From: a virus
Taxonomy: Duplodnaviria > Caudoviricetes
Reading direction: 5' to 3' (one strand)
IMG/VR virus record: IMGVR_UViG_3300006793_004421
Location: 1-58,555 of that record
DNA length: 58,555 nucleotides
The notes beneath the pieces were generated by a model. The model saw only the letters and a program-made list of their open reading frames with translations, had not been told where the DNA came from and ran no database searches. Shown here in pieces: positions 28,638 to 38,398 of this stretch; within the stretch, counting starts at the first letter, position 1; the number at the start of each line of letters is the position of its first letter. The translations under genes were made by a program, and so were the position numbers.

Positions 28638-29071
28638 TGGAACTTAATACTACTATGATGGGCCAAGGCCCTAAGATGAAGACAAAAGTATCTGGCAGAG
28701 TGCGTCCAATACATGACGGAGTACTTGCAATGGATATGGAATTTGGCGAACGTACTACTAAAGGTGGTATTATTTTGTCAAGTGACGACGGCAAAGAAAG
28801 AGGCATCCGTCCAAGATGGTGTCAAATCTATGCAATCGGACACGAAAATAAAGACCCTTACGAAGTCGGCGATTGGATCTATGTAGAACATGGTCGTTGG
28901 AGTAGAGGATTTATTACTGATGACCCAGAGCATGGTGAAGTTGAACTTAGACTTATTGATGTCAATGGCATTATGCTTACAAGTAAAGACAAACCCGATG
29001 ATGACGGTATGGGTACTGAAACAGACCTTTCACAACCTAGTATTGACCCAAGCGAATTCGTTCGTGCATAA
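28637..29071 (+). CDS. groES: GroES-like co-chaperonin (T4 gp31 analogue)
   Basis: RPIHD.V, ERTTKGGIIL mobile loop, AIG, VGDWI. Confidence 0.8.
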   Translation: MELNTTMMGQGPKMKTKVSGRVRPIHDGVLAMDMEFGERTTKGGIILSSDDGKERGIRPRWCQIYAIGHENKDPYEVGDWIYVEHGRWSRGFITDDPEHGEVELRLIDVNGIMLTSKDKPDDDGMGTETDLSQPSIDPSEFVRA

Positions 29072-29099
29072 CACCCTATAAAAGAAAGAGGATTATCTT

Positions 29100-29510
29100 A
29101 TGGCTGAGATTGACTTAAACAAATACAAAGAATTTGTTGACGCAGTTACTTCCGATGAAAGCTCAAAGAATGACGACTTTACAAGTCATTGGGCACAACT
29201 AAACTATTCCCCAGAAGTTAATATGCCAAGACTATTAACTGCCTCTATGGGACTAGGAGCCGAAGCAGGCGAATTTACCGAAATTATTAAAAAAATTATG
29301 TTCCAAGGTAAGCCTTTAGACAAGGATAACATTTGGCACATGCAACGTGAACTAGGTGATATCATGTGGTATTGGATGCAAGGATGTATGGCATTAGACA
29401 TTGATCCTAACGAAGTCATTCAAATGAATATTGATAAACTTAAAGCACGTTATCCTGGTGGTGAATTTGATGCACATTATTCCGAAAACAGAGTCAAGGG
29501 CGATTTGTAA
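29100..29510 (+). CDS. mazG: MazG-like NTP pyrophosphohydrolase
   Basis: GLGAEAGEFTEIIKK, ELGDIMWY and NIDKLKARYP. Confidence 0.85.
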   Translation: MAEIDLNKYKEFVDAVTSDESSKNDDFTSHWAQLNYSPEVNMPRLLTASMGLGAEAGEFTEIIKKIMFQGKPLDKDNIWHMQRELGDIMWYWMQGCMALDIDPNEVIQMNIDKLKARYPGGEFDAHYSENRVKGDL

Positions 29511-29518
29511 AAAAGAGC

Positions 29519-29547
29519 TTGACTTTTCAGTAAAGATAGTTTATAAT
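29519..29547 (+). promoter_or_regulatory. Sigma70-type promoter (leaderless start)
   Basis: TTGACT, 17 nt, TATAAT, then 6 nt to ATG 29554. Confidence 0.8.
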
Positions 29548-29553
29548 TAACTT

Positions 29554-30174
29554 ATGAACTATGATCTTGATAAAATAATAGTACTTGACGATGTGGTGCC
29601 ACAATGGTTACATGACCAAGCCATAAGTCAAGTACTAAACACTCCAGTTAGTTACGGACACAGAGGATTAGGGCCTGATCAAGGTCACCCAATCTTTAGT
29701 CAACAATACACTCACGAACAAGTGGATAAAGCACCGTGGACTTTGAAAGCAGTTTGGCACGCTTTTGAACATCATAAACATATGATTGATGAAGATGTTG
29801 GCGATATACAATTAAATCAAATACAAATTAATCTTACTACAAAAGAACACACAGGAGCATTACACGTTGACAGTGGTGATGACGTACCTGCATACACAAT
29901 GGTGTATCTTGTTCAAGGAGATACAGGTATGGACTTTTGGGATAACAATCCTGATCGTGGTGGAAAGAAGATTGACGAAGTAGAATACAAAGAAGGTAGA
30001 TTAATAGTCTTTCCAAGTCGTTATATTCATAGAGGTATACCTACTAACAAAGTAAGTCCTCGTGTTACTGCTGGTTATGTGTTTAGTGGTAAGAGTACAC
30101 AGTTTGCTAGAGACCGTAATATTGTATTACCCATATTTAAAAAGGAACAAGAGAACTTTGCCTACCATAGATAA
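29554..30174 (+). CDS. 2OG-Fe(II) oxygenase
   Basis: LHVD...TMVY...GRLIVFPSRYIHRG...RVT. Confidence 0.8.
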   Translation: MNYDLDKIIVLDDVVPQWLHDQAISQVLNTPVSYGHRGLGPDQGHPIFSQQYTHEQVDKAPWTLKAVWHAFEHHKHMIDEDVGDIQLNQIQINLTTKEHTGALHVDSGDDVPAYTMVYLVQGDTGMDFWDNNPDRGGKKIDEVEYKEGRLIVFPSRYIHRGIPTNKVSPRVTAGYVFSGKSTQFARDRNIVLPIFKKEQENFAYHR

Positions 30175-30796
30175 AAATAATATTTTAGTATTTGATGATT
30201 TAGTTCCAGACTATCTAATGAATCAAATGGATTCTAGTATTCCACATATGCCTTTGCGTTTTGGTCATAGAGGACTAGGACGTGACGAAGGTTATACTAC
30301 GTTTAGCGAACAATGGACACGTGAAGTACAACAAGGTGCAACTGTAGAACATACAAATTTTTTAGTCGACATGCCATGGGAGTTTAAAACGTTCTGGTGT
30401 GTAGTTAATAGCTTTCGAGAAACACTCTTTAAAAATTTACATCAAGGATTACAATTAAATCAAGTACAAGTCAATCTTACTACAAAAGAACACGTAGGAG
30501 GGCTACATACAGATGCACCCGACGACACGGCACAGTTAGAAATGCCTGGTTGGTTACCTTCGCATACATTAGTATACTTTATGGAAGGCGATAGCGGGTT
30601 AGATTTTTGTGAATACGATAGTGTAAACTTTGAGGTAAAAACTGTGGAACACATTGAATGGAAAAAAGGACGTTGTGTAGTATTTCCAAGCAGTTATCCA
30701 CATAAAGGATTAGCACCTATAAACGTAAGCCCACGTATTACAGTAGGATTTATTTTTAACGGACTTCCGTTACAACGACAAGAGGACAAACAATGA
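30158..30796 (+). CDS. 2OG-Fe(II) oxygenase, paralog of the preceding gene
   Basis: LHTD...GRCVVFPSSYPHKG...RIT; shares GHRGLG and QLNQxQxNLTTKEH with the previous gene. The TTG start at 30158 is inferred. Confidence 0.8.
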   Translation: MPTIDKNNILVFDDLVPDYLMNQMDSSIPHMPLRFGHRGLGRDEGYTTFSEQWTREVQQGATVEHTNFLVDMPWEFKTFWCVVNSFRETLFKNLHQGLQLNQVQVNLTTKEHVGGLHTDAPDDTAQLEMPGWLPSHTLVYFMEGDSGLDFCEYDSVNFEVKTVEHIEWKKGRCVVFPSSYPHKGLAPINVSPRITVGFIFNGLPLQRQEDKQ

Positions 30797-31206
30797 CAAT
30801 AGGTATTACATTTAGTAGTTTTGATTTGTTCCATAGTGGACATGTTGCTATGCTCAAAGAAGCAAGTGAAAATTGTAACTATTTGATTGTAGGATTACAA
30901 ACAGATCCAACTATTGATAGACCAGAAAAGAATAAACCTATACAAAGTGTATTTGAACGATATGTCCAATTAAAAGGTTGTAGTTATATTGATGAAATTA
31001 TTCCGTATGCTACAGAACAAGATCTAAAGGATATACTGTTAACTTACACATTGAACCGTAGATTTATTGGTGAAGAATACCGTGATAAAGAGTTCACAGG
31101 TAAGCAGATTTGTGTTGACAAAGGCATAGAATTGTATTATAATAAAAGACAACACTCATTTAGTACATCTAATTTGAGAAAACGAATAAGCGAGGCACAG
31201 ACATGA
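30793..31206 (+). CDS. Glycerol-3-phosphate cytidylyltransferase-like (TagD family)
   Basis: FDLFHSGH (HIGH motif), LIVGLQTD and RQHSFSTSNLR. Confidence 0.85.
   Translation: MTIGITFSSFDLFHSGHVAMLKEASENCNYLIVGLQTDPTIDRPEKNKPIQSVFERYVQLKGCSYIDEIIPYATEQDLKDILLTYTLNRRFIGEEYRDKEFTGKQICVDKGIELYYNKRQHSFSTSNLRKRISEAQT
31115..31143 (+). promoter_or_regulatory. Sigma70-type promoter for the clamp loader
   Basis: TTGACA, 17 nt, TATAAT inside the 3' end of the cytidylyltransferase gene. Confidence 0.75.
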
Positions 31207-32117
31207 AGGAACTTTGGGTAGAAAAATATCGTCCTAAGACAGTAGACGGTTATGTGTTCAGAGATGAACATCAAAAGAAACAAGTACAAACGTGGATTAA
31301 AGATAAAACTATTCCGCATTTGTTATTCAGTGGTAATGCTGGTATTGGTAAAACAACACTTGCTAAACTATTATTCAACGAATTAGATCTAAATGATTTA
31401 GACATATTAGAAATTAACGCAAGTAGAACAAACTCCGTAGAAGATGTACGTGCTAAGATTGTAAACTTTGTACAGATGATTCCATTTGGTGACTTTAAGG
31501 TTGTACTACTTGATGAGGCTGATTACTTGAGCCCAAATGCACAAGCGGCACTACGTGGTGTGATGGAAGAGTATCATACTACTGCAAGGTTTATTTTAAC
31601 TTGTAACTATCCTAACAGAATTATTCCTGCACTACACAGTAGATGTCAGGGCTTTCATATTGCAAAAGTTGATCAAACAGAGTTTACTGCTCGTGTTGCA
31701 GAGATTTTAATTACAGAAGGTGTACAACCTGACTTAGATACACTTGACACATATGTAAAAGCAACGTATCCAGACTTACGTAAATGCATTAATACAGTAC
31801 AAATGAATAGTACAGAAGGCGTACTAGTCAAACCTAATGAAGCTGACAAGACAGAAGCTGATTGGAAACTTGATATGGTGCAACTATTTAAACAAGGCAA
31901 GATTACAGAAGCACGTAAACTTGTTTGTGCAAGTGCTAGAGCTGAAGAGATGGAAGATATCTATCGTTGGCTTTATGACAACATTGAATTGTTTGGTGAC
32001 CCTGACCAACAGGACAAAGCTATTATGATTATTAAACAAGGCTTAGTAGATCATACATTAGTTGTAGATCCAGAAATTAACTTAGCCGCTACATTGATTA
32101 AACTTGGTAAAGTATAA
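31203..32117 (+). CDS. Clamp loader AAA+ subunit (RFC/gp44-like)
   Basis: LWVEKYRP, GNAGIGKTT, EINAS, LDEAD, SRC and PDLRK. Confidence 0.92.
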   Translation: MKELWVEKYRPKTVDGYVFRDEHQKKQVQTWIKDKTIPHLLFSGNAGIGKTTLAKLLFNELDLNDLDILEINASRTNSVEDVRAKIVNFVQMIPFGDFKVVLLDEADYLSPNAQAALRGVMEEYHTTARFILTCNYPNRIIPALHSRCQGFHIAKVDQTEFTARVAEILITEGVQPDLDTLDTYVKATYPDLRKCINTVQMNSTEGVLVKPNEADKTEADWKLDMVQLFKQGKITEARKLVCASARAEEMEDIYRWLYDNIELFGDPDQQDKAIMIIKQGLVDHTLVVDPEINLAATLIKLGKV

Positions 32118-32362
32118 TGAAAATCCGATACTACAGGCAAATAGACGGGCCAAGGTGGATAGGATTTGCACTAGCGATTGTAGCCGCTTTTATTCTTTCG
32201 GAAGCAAACCCCGAAACACAATGGATAGGTTGGGCTTTGGCCTCGTGTAGTTGTGTTATGTGGGTATACTTTGGGATAAAGGACAAAGACACACCTAGAG
32301 CATTGATGGAAGGTATGTACTTGTTATTATCTTTACGTGCAATATGGAACTGGGTGGTATAG
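32117..32362 (+). CDS. Small membrane protein
   Basis: Three hydrophobic, Trp-rich segments. Confidence 0.7.
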   Translation: MKIRYYRQIDGPRWIGFALAIVAAFILSEANPETQWIGWALASCSCVMWVYFGIKDKDTPRALMEGMYLLLSLRAIWNWVV

Positions 32363-32363
32363 T

Positions 32364-32684
32364 ATGAGTTATTTGGTTAATGATAATTGTGTTAATTGTA
32401 AGCATATGACATGTGTAGAAGTATGTCCTGTGGACTGTTTTTACGAAGGCGAGAATATGCTTGTTATTAACCCAGATGAATGTATAGACTGCGGTGTATG
32501 TGAACCAGAGTGCCCTGTAGATGCTATTATTACTGAGGATCAGGACGATGGAACTTGGTTTAAGATCAACGCTAAGTACAGTTATGAATGGCCCAACATT
32601 ACAAAGGTCAGAGAAGAAGATGTTTTAGCGGATAAGATACCGGTTATTGATGTTATGTCAACTAAGCCGGGTAAAGGAGATTAA
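32364..32684 (+). CDS. fdxA: 7Fe ferredoxin (FdI/FdxA type)
   Basis: [21 protein letters not shown]...[17 protein letters not shown]. Confidence 0.92.
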   Translation: MSYLVNDNCVNCKHMTCVEVCPVDCFYEGENMLVINPDECIDCGVCEPECPVDAIITEDQDDGTWFKINAKYSYEWPNITKVREEDVLADKIPVIDVMSTKPGKGD

Positions 32685-32686
32685 TA

Positions 32687-33016
32687 ATGGCAATAACAAA
32701 AATGAGAGCAAGTCATATATTGCTATCTTATAGAGGTGCAGAGAATTCTACGCATGGCAGAGGCATTGGTGAAGCAATGCAAGAAGGTGAACGTATTATT
32801 AAACAACTACATGAAGGAGGTGTTTCTTTTGATCAAATGGCAAAAGAGAATTCTGCATGTCCAAGTAAAAACAATGGCGGAGACCTAGGTTGGTTTGAAC
32901 CAACTGATATGGTATTAGAATTTAGTACAGCATGTGCGGCAATTCCAAAAGGTGATTTAGGTCCACATCCTTTTGTAACAAAGTTTGGTGTCCATGTTAT
33001 ATGGAGAACAGGTTAG
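32687..33016 (+). CDS. Parvulin-type peptidyl-prolyl isomerase
   Basis: RASHIL, SACPS...GGDLGWF and TKFGVHVI. Confidence 0.9.
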   Translation: MAITKMRASHILLSYRGAENSTHGRGIGEAMQEGERIIKQLHEGGVSFDQMAKENSACPSKNNGGDLGWFEPTDMVLEFSTACAAIPKGDLGPHPFVTKFGVHVIWRTG

Positions 33017-33018
33017 TA

Positions 33019-33252
33019 ATGACTGTTAAACAGACTAAAGAACAACAAGCAAATATGCAATCAGACGCAATAGAAATGGCTGGTTGGAAACGTGTTAAAA
33101 AAGACTTTCCGGGTAATCTTATACAAGTTAGTATGCTAGAACGTGAAATTGAATATGCAAAATCCTGTTTACGTGAACACGATACAGGTCACATACACAC
33201 AGCCATTAGTTGGCTAGAACATAGAATAGAGGAATTAAAGAATGAACGTTAA
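33019..33252 (+). CDS. Hypothetical protein
   Basis: ORF coupled to both neighbours; HDTGHIHTAISWLEHR motif. Confidence 0.65.
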   Translation: MTVKQTKEQQANMQSDAIEMAGWKRVKKDFPGNLIQVSMLEREIEYAKSCLREHDTGHIHTAISWLEHRIEELKNER

Positions 33253-33910
33253 ATTAGTATCTTACTCAAAGGCAACAGATGATTTTTCAGCTGAAGGCGT
33301 TGACAATTTACAAGAACTAATAGCATTTTGTGCCAAGGTCAGTAACCCTGCGGCACAGATTAACAACGAAACCAGTGAACGTTTAATTAAATATTTGATT
33401 AAACATCAACATTGGTCACCTTTAGAGATGGTCAATGCTTGTTTAGAAATTAAAACTACACGTGATATTGCACATCAAATTGTAAGACATAGAAGTTTTA
33501 GTTTTCAAGAGTTTAGTCAGCGTTATGCTAAGCCAGATGAACAAGGCGACATGTTTGAATATAGTGAAGCACGTTTACAGGATACAAAGAATAGACAAAA
33601 CAGTATTGAGACCGACGACACAAACTTAGCTATTTGGTGGGACGCACAACAAAAGTATATTGCCGAAGCATCTAAGGTTGTTTATGACAATGCTATTGAA
33701 AAAGGTATTGCTAAAGAACAAGCACGTAAGATATTACCTGAAGGTATTACTAAAACAACATTATACATGAACGGTACTCTACGTAGTTGGTTACATTACA
33801 TTGATTTACGTGGTGCTAATGGTACACAAAAAGAACATATGGAAATTGCTCATGCATGTGCAAAAGTAATTGCAGAGATATTTCCTTTAATGGAAACAAT
33901 TAATGACTAA
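33242..33910 (+). CDS. thyX: FAD-dependent thymidylate synthase
   Basis: HWSPLE, RHRSFSFQEFSQRY and AKEQAR. Confidence 0.95.
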   Translation: MNVKLVSYSKATDDFSAEGVDNLQELIAFCAKVSNPAAQINNETSERLIKYLIKHQHWSPLEMVNACLEIKTTRDIAHQIVRHRSFSFQEFSQRYAKPDEQGDMFEYSEARLQDTKNRQNSIETDDTNLAIWWDAQQKYIAEASKVVYDNAIEKGIAKEQARKILPEGITKTTLYMNGTLRSWLHYIDLRGANGTQKEHMEIAHACAKVIAEIFPLMETIND

Positions 33911-34658
33911 ACCAGAACCTGTAATATTTTTTGAAACTGAGAGATGGGCTGTACGTAAACATGCACCTATTGAACCAGCTGGTAAATTTAAACCAGACGT
34001 ATGGAAGAGGATGCCTGCCTATGTGAATAAACAAAAGCATAAAGCAGACAGTGATCAAACTGTAAAAGGTTGTCCAGGTATCAAAGATTTTATGGAAACA
34101 GGGTTTGTTATTCCTGCTTGGTGTGATATGGAAATTACTCCTAGCGAATGCGGTAACTTTGTAAACACACGTTATAGTGATTCTAGTTACAATGATGCAC
34201 ATCATCCACCAGATCAAGTAAGTGTTCCAGGTGCAGAAATATTAACCAAGTTTGGTGTAAGAGCCTCAGTTAAATTAGACTGTCCTTGGAAGATATGGAG
34301 TAAGCCTAACTGGAGTGTACTGTATCAACCTATGTTTTATCATGAAGATAGGAACTACGAAGCAATACCTGGTATTATTGACCATGACTTAGGTGCTTTG
34401 ATTAGTCCAGTTAATATTATGTTAAAAGAGATTAAGCCCACTTTCATAAAAATGGGTGAACCTTTAGTGCAACTGATCCCAATTAAAAGAGAAACAGTTG
34501 TCGCTCGTTCAGGTGACCTGAGCGAAACAAGTGTTAATAGACACAATGCTATTATAGGACTACAAAATATAATCTTTAATACATGGTCTAAATGGCAACA
34601 CGCTAAGAAGACCTATATCGTCGATAAAAACGATACAGATCTTCCAGGTGATAATTAA
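33903..34658 (+). CDS. Conserved-looking phage hypothetical protein (possible dUTPase-like beta fold)
   Basis: TVKGCPGIKDFMETGFVIPAWCD, IPGIID and IKMGEPLVQLIPIKR. Confidence 0.6.
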   Translation: MTKPEPVIFFETERWAVRKHAPIEPAGKFKPDVWKRMPAYVNKQKHKADSDQTVKGCPGIKDFMETGFVIPAWCDMEITPSECGNFVNTRYSDSSYNDAHHPPDQVSVPGAEILTKFGVRASVKLDCPWKIWSKPNWSVLYQPMFYHEDRNYEAIPGIIDHDLGALISPVNIMLKEIKPTFIKMGEPLVQLIPIKRETVVARSGDLSETSVNRHNAIIGLQNIIFNTWSKWQHAKKTYIVDKNDTDLPGDN

Positions 34659-35378
34659 TTACTCATCGCCGTAAACAGCTAGTACTTCTTTAACTGCATC
34701 ATGCCTTTCAATATCATGGGTTTGGAATCTGACTATGTCAATGTGTGATGTTTCTCTATGTTTTTCTAACGATTTAATAAAATCAATCAAACCGTTATTA
34801 CTCAACTTATCAGCTTGAGCTAAATCGCCTGTTACTACCATCTGTGATCTCTCACCGATACGTGTTAATAACATTTTCATTTGGTTTGGCGTTGCGTTTT
34901 GCATCTCGTCCGCAACAATTATTGATCTTTTAAACGTTCGACCCCTCATATAAGCTAAAGGTGAAATTTCAATAACACCATCGTACATCATACCTTCAAG
35001 TTCTTTAGCACTAAAGTACTCTTTAAAAACATCAAAGATAGGTCTTGTCCATGGAGCCATTTTCTCTTCCATTGTTCCTGGTAAAAAACCAAGATCTTCG
35101 TCAGCTGAAACAGCAGGTCTAGTAACAACAATTTTGTCAATCTTCTTTTCCTTGAATAACTTAATAGCCACCTGGACCGCTAGTAGGGTCTTACCGGTTC
35201 CCGCAGGACCAACACCGAAGACTATGTCTTTCTTCGGGTCCAACAGTTTTAGCATATATGTTTCTTGGTTTTTATTTCTTGGAAGTATGTTGATTTGTTT
35301 TGGTTGTTGTTTTGAAAAGCTAATAACGTTGTTATCAGCCGGGGTTTTATGAGCTCTTGCTCGTCTTTTAGCACCCAT
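34659..35378 (-). CDS. phoH: PhoH-family ATPase
   Basis: GPAGTGKT, LGFLPG, YMRGRTF, DEMQN and TGDLAQ. Confidence 0.95.
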   Translation of the reverse strand: MGAKRRARAHKTPADNNVISFSKQQPKQINILPRNKNQETYMLKLLDPKKDIVFGVGPAGTGKTLLAVQVAIKLFKEKKIDKIVVTRPAVSADEDLGFLPGTMEEKMAPWTRPIFDVFKEYFSAKELEGMMYDGVIEISPLAYMRGRTFKRSIIVADEMQNATPNQMKMLLTRIGERSQMVVTGDLAQADKLSNNGLIDFIKSLEKHRETSHIDIVRFQTHDIERHDAVKEVLAVYGDE

Positions 35379-35534
35379 TAAGTTCCTCCTTCATGAGTTA
35401 ATATAAAGACAGTCACTGTAGATTCACAGTACTACTGCCCTACAAAAATATTTACCTATGTACGCACAAGACAAATCTGCGTAGTTATAGATCGTATCCG
35501 GATAAATAAGTGTATAAGAATAGGTGAAAACAAC

Positions 35535-36056
35535 ATGCGTGATGTATTAGATATTATTACAAACATTGAAAGTATATACGAAAGTGATACTGCTTTAAGT
35601 GTTTTAAAAGACTTTGAACGTGTATTAGACGAATTAGATCTATATGTGTATGCTAACTGGGAAGATGGCGAGTTAGTTGAGGGTCCTAAAATAGAAAGAC
35701 ATTGGGTTAAGGCTTCATTTATGTGGCCTAAGGACAAAATGCCTGATCCAGCAGGTGGTAAAAGACTGCTAGATTATGACTGTTATGTTTCGTATGAAAA
35801 AACAGCTATTTTAAAACCACGAAAAATTAAAGAACCAGACGATATTCGTCCAGGTACTAAGAAGGGCAAACTAGATAGAGAACCAGTTTGGGTAGTAACT
35901 ATTAAAATGCCGAAAGAACTTATATTAAATATCTATAGCGGATACAAAGAGCAGTTAGACTTCACTAAAGAACCAGCTGTTGCATCAACTCAACCAGCAG
36001 TTGACGATGTTGCACAAGAAGGTGAAACAGCCGCAGTTGAAGGCGGAGCAGTTTAA
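35535..36056 (+). CDS. Hypothetical late protein
   Basis: Late promoter at 35501; LKDFERVLDELDLYVYANW and MPDPAGG. Confidence 0.75.
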   Translation: MRDVLDIITNIESIYESDTALSVLKDFERVLDELDLYVYANWEDGELVEGPKIERHWVKASFMWPKDKMPDPAGGKRLLDYDCYVSYEKTAILKPRKIKEPDDIRPGTKKGKLDREPVWVVTIKMPKELILNIYSGYKEQLDFTKEPAVASTQPAVDDVAQEGETAAVEGGAV

Positions 36057-36766
36057 TGGGATTAATAGCTGGAGATCTAAACGACTTAGTATTACCTATA
36101 TTTGAAATTGACAGTTTCAAATCAAAGATGGGTGATGACAAAGATATTGTAGTATGTAGCTTTAGCTGTATGTCTGAAGCACCTGCAAAAGACTTAATGA
36201 ACTTCTTTGAAAAAGGATATTCATATGTACTTGATGCAGATGTTACTTCAGGAGAACAAACTGATGGTACCTACAAAGTATTTGTAGAAATTGAACGCCA
36301 CAAAGATGTTCCAAGTCAAATAATAGAAATGTTAGATGGTGTTGGTAAGTTAGCTAATATAGATAAATTCAAATTTCGTTATTACAAAAGTTTCAAAAGT
36401 CAAGAAGCACAAATGGAAAACATTTCAGCAACAGTTCCATTAGACAAGAGTGCATATGAAATCAAAGTAAACGAAAACAACATGGACAACTACAAGAACT
36501 TCTTTAATAAGAGTTACCTTGATAGTATAGACTTAAAAGAAGATAAAATTAAGTTTAGTAAGATATGGGCTGACACACTTACTTACAATGTTGTTGATTT
36601 TGGTAAAAGTAGTCACATAGAAACTACAATCACTGAAAAATATGATGTCAATTCTTTCGCAGAAATAATTTTCCTTACTAAATATATTGGAGACTACAAT
36701 ATATCCAAGTATGGAGATAATTTACTAATCGAAAATAATGGTTATACTGTTGTCCTAAAAAAATAG
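36056..36766 (+). CDS. Hypothetical protein
   Basis: 236-aa ORF translationally coupled to the previous gene. Confidence 0.75.
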   Translation: MGLIAGDLNDLVLPIFEIDSFKSKMGDDKDIVVCSFSCMSEAPAKDLMNFFEKGYSYVLDADVTSGEQTDGTYKVFVEIERHKDVPSQIIEMLDGVGKLANIDKFKFRYYKSFKSQEAQMENISATVPLDKSAYEIKVNENNMDNYKNFFNKSYLDSIDLKEDKIKFSKIWADTLTYNVVDFGKSSHIETTITEKYDVNSFAEIIFLTKYIGDYNISKYGDNLLIENNGYTVVLKK

Positions 36767-36777
36767 GAAACCATAAA

Positions 36778-37287
36778 ATGCAAGAAAATTACGATAAGTG
36801 TTTAGAGACAATTTTACACCACGAAGGTGGATATGTAAATCACCCTAGCGACCCAGGTGGGGAAACAAATATGGGTGTTACTAAAAAAGTTTATGTAGCG
36901 TTCGGCGGAACTAAGGATATGAAAGACTTAGAATTCGACGATGTTGCACCTATCTACAGAAAAAACTACTGGGATAGAATGAAGTGCGATAACGTACCAG
37001 CAGGGTTAGACCTATGTTTATTTGACTTTGGTGTTAACGCAGGTACAGGTAGAAGTGCTAAATTTTTACAACGTATGATTGGAACTACTGCTGATGGCGG
37101 TATTGGACCAAACACACTTAAAAAATTAGCTGACTACATTGATACGCATGGACTTGAAGAAACCATTAAAGAGTTCCAAGAAGATCGTCAAGACTATTAT
37201 GAAAAACTATCTACGTTTAAAACGTTTGGTAGAGGTTGGACACGTAGAGTAGACGAAACAACGGAACTTGCATTGTCAATGGTATGA
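36778..37287 (+). CDS. GH108 lysozyme (endolysin) with C-terminal peptidoglycan-binding segment
   Basis: HEGGYVNHPSDPGGETNMGVT, FDFGVNAG, DGGIGPNT and FGRGWTRR. Confidence 0.92.
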   Translation: MQENYDKCLETILHHEGGYVNHPSDPGGETNMGVTKKVYVAFGGTKDMKDLEFDDVAPIYRKNYWDRMKCDNVPAGLDLCLFDFGVNAGTGRSAKFLQRMIGTTADGGIGPNTLKKLADYIDTHGLEETIKEFQEDRQDYYEKLSTFKTFGRGWTRRVDETTELALSMV

Positions 37288-37424
37288 GCCAGTACTGCCA
37301 AAACTGCGGAAGACAGCACGAAGGTAGACTAATTGAAACGTTTACAGACGGTGATAACAAACCAGTACAAGTTATCGTCTGTGAACAACATAGATATGAG
37401 GTGAAAGATGATAGGGTCGATTAA
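37284..37424 (+). CDS. Small Cys/His protein, 46 aa (not in the ORF track)
   Basis: MSQYCQNCGRQHEG...VIVCEQHRY...; ATGA overlap with the lysozyme stop codon. Confidence 0.6.
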   Translation: MSQYCQNCGRQHEGRLIETFTDGDNKPVQVIVCEQHRYEVKDDRVD

Positions 37425-37893
37425 AATTGCAATAGTAATTATTATGATGGCCGGTGCCGGTGGCGGTGTTATGTATGTAAAAACACTAAAGTCTGACTTG
37501 GCTACATCAGAAGCAAACAATTTAAAGTTAGAACAAAGCGTTGAGGATCAAAAGGCAGTAATTGCACAAGCACAAGCTGACTTTGAATCACAAAAGAAAA
37601 TTACAGCTAACTTAGATGCACAAAACAAAGCACTACAAGCCGAGTTTCAAGCATTAGATAAACGCTTTAATAAAATTAACGGTCGAGGTGAAGTACGTGA
37701 CATTGGCAAACTTGCAGATGAACGTCCTAAATCAGTTGAACGTGTTATTAACGGTGCGACAGTAAAGGCAATGAGATGTGTAGAAATTGCTATGGGGTCG
37801 CCATTAACGGAGAAAGAGAAAAATGCTACTAAAAAGTCTGAAATCAACTCAGAGTGTCCTAGTATTGCTAATCCTAAGTACGTTCCTTATTAG
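37408..37893 (+). CDS. Putative i-spanin (Rz-like)
   Basis: N-terminal TM followed by a long coiled coil; lies after the endolysin and overlaps a lipoprotein gene. Confidence 0.65.
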   Translation: MIGSIKIAIVIIMMAGAGGGVMYVKTLKSDLATSEANNLKLEQSVEDQKAVIAQAQADFESQKKITANLDAQNKALQAEFQALDKRFNKINGRGEVRDIGKLADERPKSVERVINGATVKAMRCVEIAMGSPLTEKEKNATKKSEINSECPSIANPKYVPY

Positions 37894-38212
37894 TGGATGT
37901 AGTTCTGTTAAGCAACTAGAGATTTTTAAAACAGAAGTTCCTAGAGAACCTCTTGCGTTGCCTGAACCGTTAACTCCAAAACTAGAAGAACTCAAATGGA
38001 CTATCATTACTAGCGAAAACGCTGATGAAGTATTTGAAAAACTTAAAGCGGGTGGAGTAGATCCTGTGTTATTTGGATTAACAGATGACGGCTACGAAGC
38101 TCTAAGTAAAAACTTTGCACAAATACGTGCATACATGCTACAGCAAGACGAAATTATTAAATCTTATAAAGAGTATTACGAGTCTACAGACAAGAGTAAA
38201 CCTAAGAAGTAA
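37823..38212 (+). CDS. Putative o-spanin (Rz1-like lipoprotein)
   Basis: Signal peptide with lipobox ISGC, then a Pro-rich stretch; out-of-frame overlap with the i-spanin 3' end. Confidence 0.7.
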   Translation: MLLKSLKSTQSVLVLLILSTFLISGCSSVKQLEIFKTEVPREPLALPEPLTPKLEELKWTIITSENADEVFEKLKAGGVDPVLFGLTDDGYEALSKNFAQIRAYMLQQDEIIKSYKEYYESTDKSKPKK

Positions 38213-38367
38213 TGCGTTTATGGACAGTCTTGTTGTTGGTTGTCCTACTGACCTCCTGTGCTAAAAATAAATGTTCTGTCCGTCCTGGTGCAGACGTTGA
38301 TATTGATTCCCTTACAAAAGAAGGTATTGTAGTATCGCCCAAAGGCGAGATGACTTGTTCCTTCTGA
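38212..38367 (+). CDS. Small lipoprotein, 51 aa (not in the ORF track)
   Basis: MRLWTVLLLVVLLTSC-AKNKCSVRP...TCSF; lipobox LTSC; TAATG coupling. Confidence 0.65.
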   Translation: MRLWTVLLLVVLLTSCAKNKCSVRPGADVDIDSLTKEGIVVSPKGEMTCSF

Positions 38368-38398
38368 TAAATACTAACATAATACACAGGATTACACT

